A DNA stretch of 64,000 nt, from positions 29,388,001 through 29,452,000 of the forward strand of contig OZ024749.1 in the NCBI GenBank assembly GCA_964016885.1. Reading direction: 5' to 3'. A model generated the notes under the pieces. That model had not been told where the DNA came from. It did not search any database and worked only from the letters and a program-made list of their open reading frames with translations. The DNA is from Eledone cirrhosa. Taxonomy: Eukaryota. Positions 13,364 through 25,738 of this stretch are shown in pieces; position 1 is the first letter of the stretch, and each line of letters opens with the position of its first letter. Made by a program: the position numbers and the translations under genes.

Positions 13364-14039
13364 ACATTATAGCATTGTCTCTCTCTATTGATCTCTTTCT
13401 CTCTCTCTGTTCATGTCCCACACTCTCTCTATTGATGGCTGTCTCTTTCTCTCTCTCTCTCTAACATTATAGCATTGTCTCTCTCTCTCTCTCTCTCTAT
13501 TGATGTCTCTTCCACTATCTCTATTGATGTCCCTCTCTGTCTGTCTCTCTCTCTCCCTCTCTCTCTCTCTCTCTCCCTCTCTCTCTATTAATGTCTGTCT
13601 CCTTCTCTCCCTCACATTATAACATTGTCTCTCTATTGATGTCTCTTTCTCACACACTTTAGCATTGTCCCTCTCTCTCTATATATATATTTATATATCT
13701 CACACACTATAGGATTGTCTCTCTATTGATTCATGTCTGTATCTCTCTTTCTCTCTCTCCTTATCCCCCCCCCCCTCTCTCTTTCACACACAAACACACA
13801 TAAAAGCACACACACTCATACACATGTACACTATTGGGATTCGTACTTTGCTGTTGTCATTATTGTTGTACTTCTCCGAAGCTAGATACATTGTTAAATA
13901 TACATAGCTAGCTATGGAGAGACAATCAGATAGACGGATAGGTAGGTAGGTGGGTTGGTAGGTAGGTAGGTGGGTAGGTAGGTAGGTAGGTAGGTAGGTA
14001 GGTAGGTAGGGAGGAAGTTATGTTTGTATGTATGTATAT

Positions 14040-14880
14040 CTGGGAGTGAAGGACACCTAGCCTTTGTCAGGGGATTCTTCTAGGAGAAGGCAACTTAGGA
14101 AACTGGGATATCTCCGACATTAAACCTGCGGCTCAGTAGTTACCAATGATATTGATCTTTTCTACTTTTCGGGTTATAGCTACTGTCGCTCAGAGAGTGG
14201 GATTGGCTCAGTGCACAGTCTTTCCTCACTTTAAAAAATCTTCCCGCACAGGCATTGCACGATAGCATTAATTGATAATTATTAATAATGTTATATCCAA
14301 TGGCCATATTCGATAACGAGGGGACAGCCATCATGTATGTATGTATGTATGTATGTATGTATGTATGTATGTATGTATGTATGTATGTATGTATGTATGT
14401 ATGTATGTATGTATGTATGGTGCTACTGGTAACATGTATCCCAGTACAACCTGTCTCATGGTCGGGTCGTTGGCGACTAAACTGGCAACCCCACCAACGT
14501 TTCTTGGTGAGGAGGGTGACTTTGGACATCCTGCAGGACTAAAAACAAAACCTGTCAAAGGGCAAAGGAGCTCTTAAGAGTCAATGGCCATCCAAAATCA
14601 CCGGGAGAGATGACCCCTTAGCCTTTGTCAAGGCAGAATTCTAGGAGAAGGAAAACTCTGATATAACACCTGCAACCCTGATGGTATCCAATGATGTTGA
14701 CTTGTTCTTCTTTTTGGTAAATATCATCTTAGTTGAGAGAGTGGGACTGGCTTTGTGCAGTGCCTTTGCTCACTATAAAAGCTTCACGGCACAGGCATTG
14801 CTTTATATCTGGAGATCTCTCTGCACTTGTCGTCACATGGTACCATGGGCCCAGCACTATGTGTCAATAATTGTCACAGG
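14040..14880 (+). repeat. Two copies of a dispersed repeat (possibly RTE 5'UTR-derived); a related copy lies at ~46250-46550
   Basis: Shared cctttgtca...tctaggagaagg...gagagtggga(c/t)tggct...cacaggcattgc. Confidence 0.5.
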
Positions 14881-15133
14881 TGTAGTGTTTGTACCAGAGT
14901 TTTCAAGTCGCTGGCTGGACTAGAAAGTCACACTTGTTTAGCGCATGGGTAGGGGTTCTCCTACATGGATATAAAGTAGTGGCCGTACTCGAAAACGAGT
15001 TGGCAGCCACCATGTATGTATCTATGTATGTTGACAACATAAACAAACATAAACAAACATTTGCTATTTGTCGCGTGACATCGATTTGTTGATACACACT
15101 TGAAGAGAAAGTGAGAAAACTAGGCCAAGGGCT

Positions 15134-15168
<35 letters not shown>

Positions 15169-15534
15169 GTGTGTTTTTGTTCTTCACTCTTTAGATTTAT
15201 TACTTCCTGGTTGCACAAACTGGTTGCCACGTGACTGTCGTATCTTATTATTATGATATATATATATATATATACATATATATATACATATATATGTGCA
15301 TATATATATATATACATATATATGTACATATATATATACATGTATATATATATATATATATATGTATACATTACTATACATACATTCATGTATACATCGC
15401 TATTTCAGAGCTCCAATCCTAATTTTTAATTTTTGCTGGACCGGCAATCGCTCTGTATAATCAGTTCCTGATTATTACTGGAATTCTATAAGAATCCAGC
15501 ATCTATAATTTTCGGCATAGGCGGGGGGTACGTT

Positions 15535-15575
15535 GCTCTGAGGATCACCAACAGTGTGAAACAGAATCTGTTAGC
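15535..15575 (+). ncRNA. Type I hammerhead ribozyme with a 4-bp stem III
   Basis: gct-CTGAGGA-tCAC caaca GTGt-GAA-ACAG aat CTGT-T|agc; stem I extended by ttttcggca (15509) pairing with tgccgaaaa (to 15599). Confidence 0.75.
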
Positions 15576-15705
15576 TTCTCACCCTTCCTTTGCCGAAAAA
15601 AGAAGTAAGTGACATAGTCACTACTGTAAAAATGATAGCGCAAGGTCTTCAAAATGTTTTTAATTAAACATACGGTATATTGCCAAATATACTATACATA
15701 CATTC

Positions 15706-15831
<126 letters not shown>

Positions 15832-15832
15832 G

Positions 15833-15867
<35 letters not shown>

Positions 15868-15915
15868 GTATGTATATGAATGTGTGTGTATAGTATATTT
15901 GGCAATATACCGAAT

Positions 15916-15960
<45 letters not shown>

Positions 15961-16094
15961 CATATATATACACACACACATATATATATATGCAAGCTGC
16001 CCCCCCCCCCCCAAATATATACACACTTCAACAACATTCGAATAAATATTACCTGTATAGGTAATCAAAAGGTGTATACATTTTTTGGGACACC

Positions 16095-16130
<36 letters not shown>

Positions 16131-16261
16131 CAAAGAAGGTGTGGTAAGATACCAGGTGGACCATAACACACCAAAGTACTCGATATTTAGGGTAGTAGAG
16201 TGGGTAATAGGGAAAGAGTCAGGACCCCGACGGCTGACCTCTCCGTCGGGGTCCTGACTCT

Positions 16262-16302
<41 letters not shown>

Positions 16303-16384
16303 AAAGTTCTATTTAAATTGTTGGGATACAACAAGCAAATATTTTTATAACTGATATAAAGCACTCGACAAGTATTTGGAGTAG

Positions 16385-16768
16385 ATATACGATATTAACA
16401 AATGGAAACTATATTTATAAAACCATATTTATTCTATTATACATATTTCAAGGATACCATGTTAAATTATGGTATGCCTTCATCAGACAAAATACAATAT
16501 ATACCAGTTTTATAAATAAACATTGACGTACCCTTTCAAAATGCAACCGTTACTTTTGGAAGACATCAGGATACATCACTATCTTGATGTCTTCCCAAAG
16601 TAACGGTTGCATTTTGAAAGGGTACGTCAATGTTTATTTATAAAACTGGTATATATTGTATTTTGTCTGATGAAGGCATACCATAATTTAACATGGTATC
16701 CTTGAAATATGTATAATAGAATAAATATGGTTTCATAAATATAGTTTCCATTTGTTAATATCGTATAT
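16385..16768. repeat. Near-perfect palindrome (189-bp arms, 6-nt loop) with a hammerhead in each arm (16430-16494 minus, 16659-16723 plus)
   Basis: tattttgt-CTGATGA-agg..ataccat/atggtat..cctt-GAAA-TATGTA-TA|atagaata; arms are reverse complements with a few mismatches. Confidence 0.85.
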
Positions 16769-16881
16769 ATATATATTTCGTTGACAAATATATCAATATG
16801 CCTATACATGTAGATATATTGCCCTTGGTATGACAGTGGGGTTTTAGCTCAATGTAGGATAACTAGTATACTACAGAGCCG

Positions 16882-17732
16882 TTATAGTTATAGGAATAAC
16901 CAAAGAGTGCTTAGAAATACATAGTTTTATTAGCTAACAGTGTTTCATCCATACACCATGGCAGGAATCTTCAGAGCCTATAAACATGAGTATATCAGTA
17001 GTTGCATGCTCCATCGAGCTGCGTCACCAGAACAAGGTTAAATGACCAGCAGGGGGGTACCGAGGCTAGCGCTATATGGAAAAAGACATAATACATGATG
17101 CACATAACGTCATAAAATGTCGCACATAACGTCATAAAATGTCTTAAAAATTAAAAATGAATCAACTCTCTTGATCTGCCTGTACACCCCCTTTTGCACT
17201 GCTTGTGTGTTTTGATGCTTTGCTTTGCCTTATTTTTTTTTGGGGGGGGGGGGGGAGTCCTGGCTTTTTGTTCATTAATTGTTTTGTATTTTTGTATTTA
17301 TCTCTTTTCTTACCTCTGTATTTTTGTACTTTTTTATTATTTTTTTTTTATTTTCTTGCATTTTCTGATTGTTTCTGATCATGCTGAGTAATACCCTAAC
17401 TCATCCCTTGCTACCCTCTCCCAACCTCTTTATCATCTATTGCACCATATAAGTGATAAATTTTTGGTGTAATTTTTAATTTTTTATTTTTAAGACATTT
17501 TATGACGTTATGTGCATCATGTATTATGTCTTTTTCCATATAGCGCTAGCCTCGGGACCCCCCTGCTGGTCATTTAACTTTGTTCTGGTGACGCAGCACG
17601 ATGGAGCATGCATCTACTGATATACTCATGTTTATAGGCTCTGAAGATTCCGGCCATGGTGTATGGATGAAACACTGTTAGCTAATAAAACTATGTATTT
17701 CTAAGCACTCTTTGGTTATTCCTATAACTATA
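16882..17732. repeat. Inverted repeat (~255-275-bp arms, ~320-bp spacer) with hammerheads at 16932-16977 (minus) and 17638-17683 (plus)
   Basis: gct-CTGAAGA-ttcc..ggat-GAAAC-ACT-GTT|agc then taataaa; left arm carries an extra ~21-bp tandem duplication. Confidence 0.8.
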
Positions 17733-17745
17733 TATATATATATAT

Positions 17746-17805
<60 letters not shown>

Positions 17806-17977
17806 TATGTGATTATAGTGTAGTACTTCACTTTAAGGTGAGAGAAGCTCTATGCACTTTACAATCTTCGGTTCATCAAGAGTTTAAAACAGACGATTAA
17901 GTTATCGACAGTTAAATATTCTGTTGTTCAGGACGGTTCAGATAGCAGAGCATTATACACACACACGCGCGCGCGCA

Positions 17978-18090
<113 letters not shown>

Positions 18091-18315
18091 GTGTGTGTGT
18101 GTGTGTTAACAAGATATCGTTTAAGGTAATCCAAGCAGGGGTTATGAATACCCTACATCGATGATAGTTTTAACGTTCGACGTTGTTTGACTCAACAAGA
18201 AGTTTCCTTAGTCGGGTGGCCGATTAAAAAAAAGTTCCTCGGTAATACTTTAAATAAACCCTATTGTACAGCCGACCACGTATTCTTCACTCATTTATTA
18301 TTATTATCATTATTC

Positions 18316-18480
18316 GAGCACCATGCTTTGTAGCAAAGAGTTACGGCCCTTTATGGTCTGAGATCAAATCCCGCCAAGGTTAACTTTCCCTTTCATGCTT
18401 ACGGGGGTCGATAAAATAAAGTACCAGTAATACACTGGGATAATTGCTGGCCTTGTGCCAAAAGTAGAAACAATTATTAT
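18316..18480 (+). mobile_element. tRNA-SINE, 5'-truncated
   Basis: Matches the family consensus body. Confidence 0.8.
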
Positions 18481-18735
18481 TATTATTATTGTATTTATCT
18501 TGCTTTATGTTCATACGAGTTATCACAACCAGTGATCTCAAGAGACAACAAGGTCCGCCATGTTCTAGAAAGAACATACATACACACACATGCATCTTTA
18601 GGTGTTTAGACTTGTGATGTACTTATAGTGGCAGAATCTTCCTTAGTATATGGGCAGTTCCCATTAGTACTATCTTTTGTATTTCTTCTATACGCGGATT
18701 TCCTGGGACGTGTATAATTATTGTCTGTGATCCAG
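18472..18735 (-). mobile_element. R4/Dong-type non-LTR retrotransposon 3' end with (AAT)n tail
   Basis: Minus strand reads VPGNPRIEEIQKIVLMGTAHILRKILPL*, then a short UTR and (aat)n. Confidence 0.75.
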
Positions 18736-19322
18736 AAACCTATAATGACCGGGTTCAGTATGAATCCGGTGACATCATCAGGTATTCCGAAATGTATCCA
18801 ACAAAGGAATATTATAAACACAATCCAAGGGGCTGAAAAGCAGAGAGAGATGCCCAAGACGAGAAGGCGGCCCAAAAATAGCAATTGCTTATCCGGGTGG
18901 CAGCCTTCAGGTGAGGAATCTACTTAGTCTTGTCGTGTTGGTCTGGTCAGGGGCCGTAAATTACTACTACCACACCGCCATGGACACATGCTAGCGGTGA
19001 GATCAGGTTACATAGAAGTTAGTCAGAAGTGCTAAAAAGTACTAAGAAATATATATATTTTTTTAATATATATATAGTGGGCGACTATACAGTAGGTTTT
19101 TTAATGTAGAGTCAGAAATTAGAGTAAAAAATGTAGAGTCAAAAATTAGAAATGTAAAATTTATGTTTAGAATTAAAAGATATAATTTAAGATAAGATTA
19201 GAAAAGTAAGATTTAGGTTTAAAATTGGGAGATTTAGTTAAAGAATTTGCAGAAGGAAGCATTTATGAAAAGGTTAAATGTATTGTTGATAGTCATAATA
19301 AAGTTTCATATGTTCATTTCAA

Positions 19323-19447
<125 letters not shown>

Positions 19448-19801
19448 AGCCTGCCCGCCCAGCCAGTGGGATGGCGTTATCTTATGGCTAAAACAGCACG
19501 ACGTGCTGTGACCAGCGGCGCCGATTGGCGCCCGACAGACTGGTCGGTCAAGGTGATCAAGGTGATCAAGGTGATATATATATACAAGTAAATTTATCAC
19601 CAATATATATAACATCTCAATGTAAAGAGATTGTTCACATAAATCTCATTCAGAGAAGCAAATATATATATAGAACATCTTATACAGGTGTAGATCCTAG
19701 TAAAGTAATCTAAAATAAGAACACTTGACAAGCGTCTTTCCCAAGGGGTAGAATCTTAGTTAAGAAACCTAAAATTAGAAAGCTTCACTAATATACATAT
19801 A

Positions 19802-19992
19802 TAATTGTTTCTACTTTTGGCACAAGGCCAGGAATTACCCAGTACATTACTGGTACTTTATTTTATCGACCCCGAAAGGATGAAAGGCAAAGTTAACCTC
19901 GACAGGATTTGAACTCAGAGACCGTAAAAGGACGTAACTATGTTGGAAAGCATGGCGTCCGACCTTCTACCGATACTGCCAATCCACCGCCC
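19802..19992 (-). mobile_element. tRNA-SINE
   Basis: Matches the family consensus. Confidence 0.85.
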
Positions 19993-20066
19993 TTATATAC
20001 ATATATAATATAATATAATTTAATATAATATATAATATATATAATATAATATAATGTATATATATG

Positions 20067-20289
<223 letters not shown>

Positions 20290-20360
20290 TATACATATAT
20301 AATATAATATAATTTAATAATATATATAATATATATAATATAATATAATGTATATATTTG

Positions 20361-20415
<55 letters not shown>

Positions 20416-20492
20416 TAATATAATATAATTTAATATATATATATAATATATATAATATAATATAATGTATATATATGTAATATATATACATT

Positions 20493-20612
20493 ATGTGTCT
20501 AAAAACGTCCATAAGTATGTATATATATGTGAAAATGTATATAAATAAGTAAATATATATATATGTTTGATGTGTATAGTTAGATGTAAGTGTATTCATG
20601 TATTAAAGTGCT

Positions 20613-20649
<37 letters not shown>

Positions 20650-20666
20650 ATATGTGTGTATATATG

Positions 20667-20709
<43 letters not shown>

Positions 20710-21456
20710 GTATATGTATATGTGTATATATATATGTGTATGTATGTATGTGTATATGGATGTGTATGTATGTGTATGTGTGTACACATGGACTAGAGTA
20801 TGTATGTATATATGTGTGTGTCTATACGTGTGTATATATAAAGATAAGTTGAGTATGAAAATGTATACACATGAGCGCGTATGTATGTACATGAATACAA
20901 GTGTGTATATATATGTGTATGCATGTGTATATATATGTAAGTATGAATATGTGAATTGTGAGTATATGTATTTTGTAGAGGTGTGCAAATATATTTGTGT
21001 GTGAATGCGTGGGTGAAAGAATACGTACACTTGAAAGAAAAATTTAAGTCTGAATGTTAAGTGCAAACACAAAACCAACCACGCATATCTTTACTATCTC
21101 TAATCCTTCTATAGATTTAGAAAAATAACCAATAATATATTCTATAAAAAATGTCAAAACAACAGATGGGAATCTAATTAATCACTGCCACCAAGAATTC
21201 TCACTGCTATCGAAAAACCACTCCTTCAACTATTCTTCTAACAACTTCACCCCTTCCTCCTAATATTCTCTATAAAAACTAAATAGGTCCTCAGTAATAT
21301 TATTCTGATGAAATGACAGTAAACAATAACATTGAAATATTGAATGTCTGCATAACTAAAAGTTTGTAGATAGCTGTTTTAGGTTATGTAACTGTTATAG
21401 AAACACGTGTCAATAAATTCCTTTCAACTAAACTGTATCCATTCAAATCTTTCTAT
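20493..21456 (+). repeat. 5' pseudo-LTR
   Basis: atgtgtctaaaaacgtcc...tcaaatctttctat; no differences from 24091-25054 seen by eye, and the ORF track gives identical peptides in both copies. Confidence 0.95.
21300..21416 (+). ncRNA. Hammerhead ribozyme in the 5' pLTR (extended stem II)
   Basis: ttatt-CTGATGA-a-atgacagt...actgttat-a-GAAAC-ACGT-GTC|aataa; GUC triplet, predicted cut after 21411. Confidence 0.8.
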
Positions 21457-21620
21457 TTTTCTCCGGATTACTTTTGGAACTACAACTGGAACCGTCGAGC
21501 AAACTCTACGTGAGCTGATAATCTACTGTGTGTAATATTTATATTACAACACAACGGAAAACACTGTATATTTACCTCCTGTAAAGTCGAGCAACCCACA
21601 CAGCAAACGCAACCACAACA

Positions 21621-22807
21621 ATGGAAAAACACTACCTGGATATGTCACTCAAAAACATACCAACCCAAAGTAGAAAGGAATATTTATTGAGCATGATTCA
21701 AAAAACTAATGAATTCATTCGACGTGTCAGGTGGAAAACGCTCCACTATGATAGAAGCCGTATGAACTCAACATTAGAAAGTGGTGTAAACAAAAAATTC
21801 GGTTTTAGGACTTGTAAAAACCCACCCACCAACCCACTATTAGATGCATTTGAGCAGGACCTTATGAATTTAATCCTTAAAATTAAATTCAAAGGACGCA
21901 ACACCAACAGCAAATTACAGAAAGATATAAAAAAACTACTGGACGACCTTAAAAACACCAAAGGAATTGTAGTAAAAGCGGACAAAACATCAAACCTGTA
22001 CACTATGGATTGCACTACATACAACAACTTCATTCGAAAAGAATTACATAAAAAATATAGAAAAACGAGTGAAGTAACCCTTAAGCACATCAATGATGAG
22101 GCATGCGAAATAGTGAAAAATCTCGGAATCGAAGATAGGACAGGACCACTCTTACCGGCGGTACCCACTTTCAATCTTAAGGACCACAAGGTAAACTTTG
22201 ATAATGACCCTAAAATTAGATTAATCTGCCCCTCTAAATCAGATATAGGTAAAATAAGCAAATATATCTTAGATAGAATCATCCCCCAAATTAAGGCTAA
22301 GGTTAACATTAAACTCTGGGGGAAGACCCAAGAAGCAATAAGATGGTTTAATAGTATTAGCAATAAGAATAAATCTAAGTTTATCCAGTTTGATATCGAT
22401 GAATATTACTCATCGATATCACCTGAAACTTTGAATAGAGCCATTAAGTTTGCTAAGGATAACTCCGACCTTACAAACGATGAAATTAAGATTATATTAG
22501 AAGCTAGGAAAACTATAGTCAAATTTGAGAACAGTTATTGGGTACGTAAAGATAGACCCTCTAACTTTGACATAACAATGGGCTCTAACGATTCGGCGGA
22601 AATAACTGATATTGTGGGGTTATTTATCGCCTTTAGACTCCAGGAAAAATTCAGCAATCTCCACGGCGGAATATACCGCGACGATGTTCTCCTCCTAGCT
22701 AAAAACCTTAATAACCAAAAACTAGAAAAACTACGCAAAGATATAAGAAAACTACTACTCGAAATAGGACTAACTATAACATATGAATACAACCTTAAAG
22801 TAGTTAC
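21621..22807 (+). CDS. Penelope-like reverse transcriptase (N-terminal part of a frameshifted RT-EN ORF)
   Basis: MSLKNIP..IRRVRWK, KADKT, LKDHK, RLICPSKSDIGKISK, FDIDEYYSSI, MGSNDSAEITDIVG, GIYRDD. Confidence 0.9.
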
Positions 22808-23941
22808 TTCCTGGATGTCACACTCAATTTAAACTCTGGTTTGATTAAACCGTTTCATAAATTGAATGAAAATCTCAAATACGTAAATGTTGGGTCTAAC
22901 CACCCCATCTCTATAATTAAATCTATCCCTAAAAATATTTCCCTTAGAATCTCGGGTCTATCTTCTAACATACAAGTATTTAAGGAACACGCCGAGTACT
23001 ACGATAACGCCCTTAGTAAAGCAGGCTACCTCAACAAAATAGAGTACATAGATGGGAACAATCAAAACACCCAAAATAAATCCCACATAGGTAGATATAA
23101 TAACACAACACCAAACCACACTTACTACCATAGTATGCACACCAGTAAACCAACAAACAAAACTAATAGAAAGCGATGCAAAGAGTACTTATGGTATAAC
23201 CCCGAATACAATAGCTCCATTAGTACAAATTTACCAGTACTCTTCTTTAAAATAATTAAAAGACATTTTCCCACATCACACAAATACCACAAAATCCTAA
23301 ACCCTACCACTATAAGACTGTCATACTCTACAGCGTTAAACCTTGAACAACACATAAAAAAGATCAATACTAGAAGGTTAAACGAAAACACTAAGAACTT
23401 AAGTACAAAGAACCCCCAAAAAACAGTAGACAATACACTACAGAACATAAATAAACCACACCTAAGTTCGTCCGCAATACTACTCCAGAGAAAACCCAAC
23501 GTACACAACTGTAACTGCACCTATCCTGACAACTGCCCCCTCGGCAATAACTGCCTGGAAAAAAATATTATTTATAAGTGTACCATTAAATCCGGAGGCA
23601 ACGAGTGGTATTACGTGGGATCAACGGCAACATCGTTTAAATCTCGATTGTATAGGCATTCTTACTCAATAAAACACCAGAGCCAAAGAAATGTAACAAC
23701 TTTAGCAGAGAAAGCTTGGACGCTCAGGGATAGCAATCAAAAGTTTACCCTAAAATGGGAAAAATTAGCTAAAACCCAAAGCTTTTCCAGGAGCCAAAAT
23801 TTCTGCAAATTGTGTAATCTTGAGATTTATTACATAATCACACACAAGAAGAAACTGCTGAATAACAGAATTGAACGAACATTATTCTGCCGTCACAGAA
23901 CTAAAACCCTTTTTTCCCACTACAAGCCGAATATTACATAA
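22808..23941 (+). CDS. RT thumb plus GIY-YIG endonuclease (continuation after a 1-nt frameshift)
   Basis: Shifted frame reads FLDVTLNL..SNHP..IPKNISLRISGLSS..CNCTYPDNCPLGNNCL..IIYKC..YYVGST..FKSRLYRH..CKLCNLE..LLNNR..CRH. Confidence 0.9.
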   Translation, partial: FLDVTLNLNSGLIKPFHKLNENLKYVNVGSNHPISIIKSIPKNISLRISGLSSNIQVFKEHAEYYDNALSKAGYLNKIEYIDGNNQNTQNKSHIGRYNNTTPNHTYYHSMHTSKPTNKTNRKRCKEYLWYNPEYNSSISTNLPVLFFKIIKRHFPTSHKYHKILNPTTIRLSYSTALNLEQHIKKINTRRLNENTKNLSTKNPQKTVDNTLQNINKPHLSSSAILLQRKPNVHNCNCTYPDNCPLGNNCLEKNIIYKCTIKSGGNEWYYVGSTATSFKSRLYRHSYSIKHQSQRNVTTLAEKAWTLRDSNQKFTLKWEKLAKTQSFSRSQNFCKLCNLEIYYIITHKKKLLNNRIERTLFCRHRTKTLFSHYKPNIT

Positions 23942-24090
23942 AAGAGGGACATCCCCCAACTATATAAACCTTAATCTAGTTAGAAAAATATAAAAACAAT
24001 CTCTTTTCAACATATATTAATAACCTTAAATTACCATACTAATAATGAAAAGATATGCTGATGAGAATAGGTACAAATATGCGATAATGA

Positions 24091-24210
24091 ATGTGTCTAA
24101 AAACGTCCATAAGTATGTATATATATGTGAAAATGTATATAAATAAGTAAATATATATATATGTTTGATGTGTATAGTTAGATGTAAGTGTATTCATGTA
24201 TTAAAGTGCT

Positions 24211-24247
<37 letters not shown>

Positions 24248-24264
24248 ATATGTGTGTATATATG

Positions 24265-24307
<43 letters not shown>

Positions 24308-25054
24308 GTATATGTATATGTGTATATATATATGTGTATGTATGTATGTGTATATGGATGTGTATGTATGTGTATGTGTGTACACATGGACTAGAGTATG
24401 TATGTATATATGTGTGTGTCTATACGTGTGTATATATAAAGATAAGTTGAGTATGAAAATGTATACACATGAGCGCGTATGTATGTACATGAATACAAGT
24501 GTGTATATATATGTGTATGCATGTGTATATATATGTAAGTATGAATATGTGAATTGTGAGTATATGTATTTTGTAGAGGTGTGCAAATATATTTGTGTGT
24601 GAATGCGTGGGTGAAAGAATACGTACACTTGAAAGAAAAATTTAAGTCTGAATGTTAAGTGCAAACACAAAACCAACCACGCATATCTTTACTATCTCTA
24701 ATCCTTCTATAGATTTAGAAAAATAACCAATAATATATTCTATAAAAAATGTCAAAACAACAGATGGGAATCTAATTAATCACTGCCACCAAGAATTCTC
24801 ACTGCTATCGAAAAACCACTCCTTCAACTATTCTTCTAACAACTTCACCCCTTCCTCCTAATATTCTCTATAAAAACTAAATAGGTCCTCAGTAATATTA
24901 TTCTGATGAAATGACAGTAAACAATAACATTGAAATATTGAATGTCTGCATAACTAAAAGTTTGTAGATAGCTGTTTTAGGTTATGTAACTGTTATAGAA
25001 ACACGTGTCAATAAATTCCTTTCAACTAAACTGTATCCATTCAAATCTTTCTAT
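24091..25054 (+). repeat. 3' pseudo-LTR with hammerhead at 24898-25014
   Basis: Direct repeat of 20493-21456. Confidence 0.95.
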
Positions 25055-25203
25055 ATATATATATATATATATACATATATATACATATATAATATAATAT
25101 AATTTAATATATATATAATATATATAATATAATATAATGTATATATATGTAATATTTATATATATATATATATATATAAATTATATTATATTATATATGT
25201 ATA

Positions 25204-25291
<88 letters not shown>

Positions 25292-25361
25292 TATACATAT
25301 ATAATATAATATAATTTAATATATATATAATATATATAATATAATATAATGTATATATATG

Positions 25362-25416
<55 letters not shown>

Positions 25417-25478
25417 TAATATAATATAATTTAATATATATATATAATATATATAATATAATATAATGTATATATATG

Positions 25479-25532
<54 letters not shown>

Positions 25533-25738
25533 CATCATCTATGTGTGACGAAAGAAACTCTGAGAAACTACATTTGTATTTATATTTTTAACTGTTGATC
25601 AATCAATGATAATCATTGATTGCCAGCTAAATTATTTATAGAAATACAAAGATATACTGAAGCGAAAACCAAACCAAACAGTGAATGTGATTTGATATGT
25701 TTCTGGCAATATTAGAACAACACGATCCTCTCCAAATA

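Larger units (their letters stand above)
20493..25054 (+). mobile_element. Near-intact Penelope-like retroelement, Naiad-like clade
   Basis: RT plus GIY-YIG coding region flanked by 964-bp direct repeats (offset 3598) with hammerheads; no gag, integrase or TG..CA ends; lies in AT microsatellite. Confidence 0.92.

Noticed and set aside
17845-17885. Possible decayed hammerheads here, at 4512-4645 and at 5055-5085 (minus)
   Set aside because: Core nucleotides are mutated or misplaced; cannot be supported without a family consensus.
21746-23520. Antisense ORFs within the Penelope element
   Set aside because: Shadow frames of the A-rich RT/endonuclease coding strand.
20493-25054. LTR retrotransposon
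   Set aside because: No gag, protease or integrase, no TG..CA ends or primer-binding site; RT and GIY-YIG are PLE-type.
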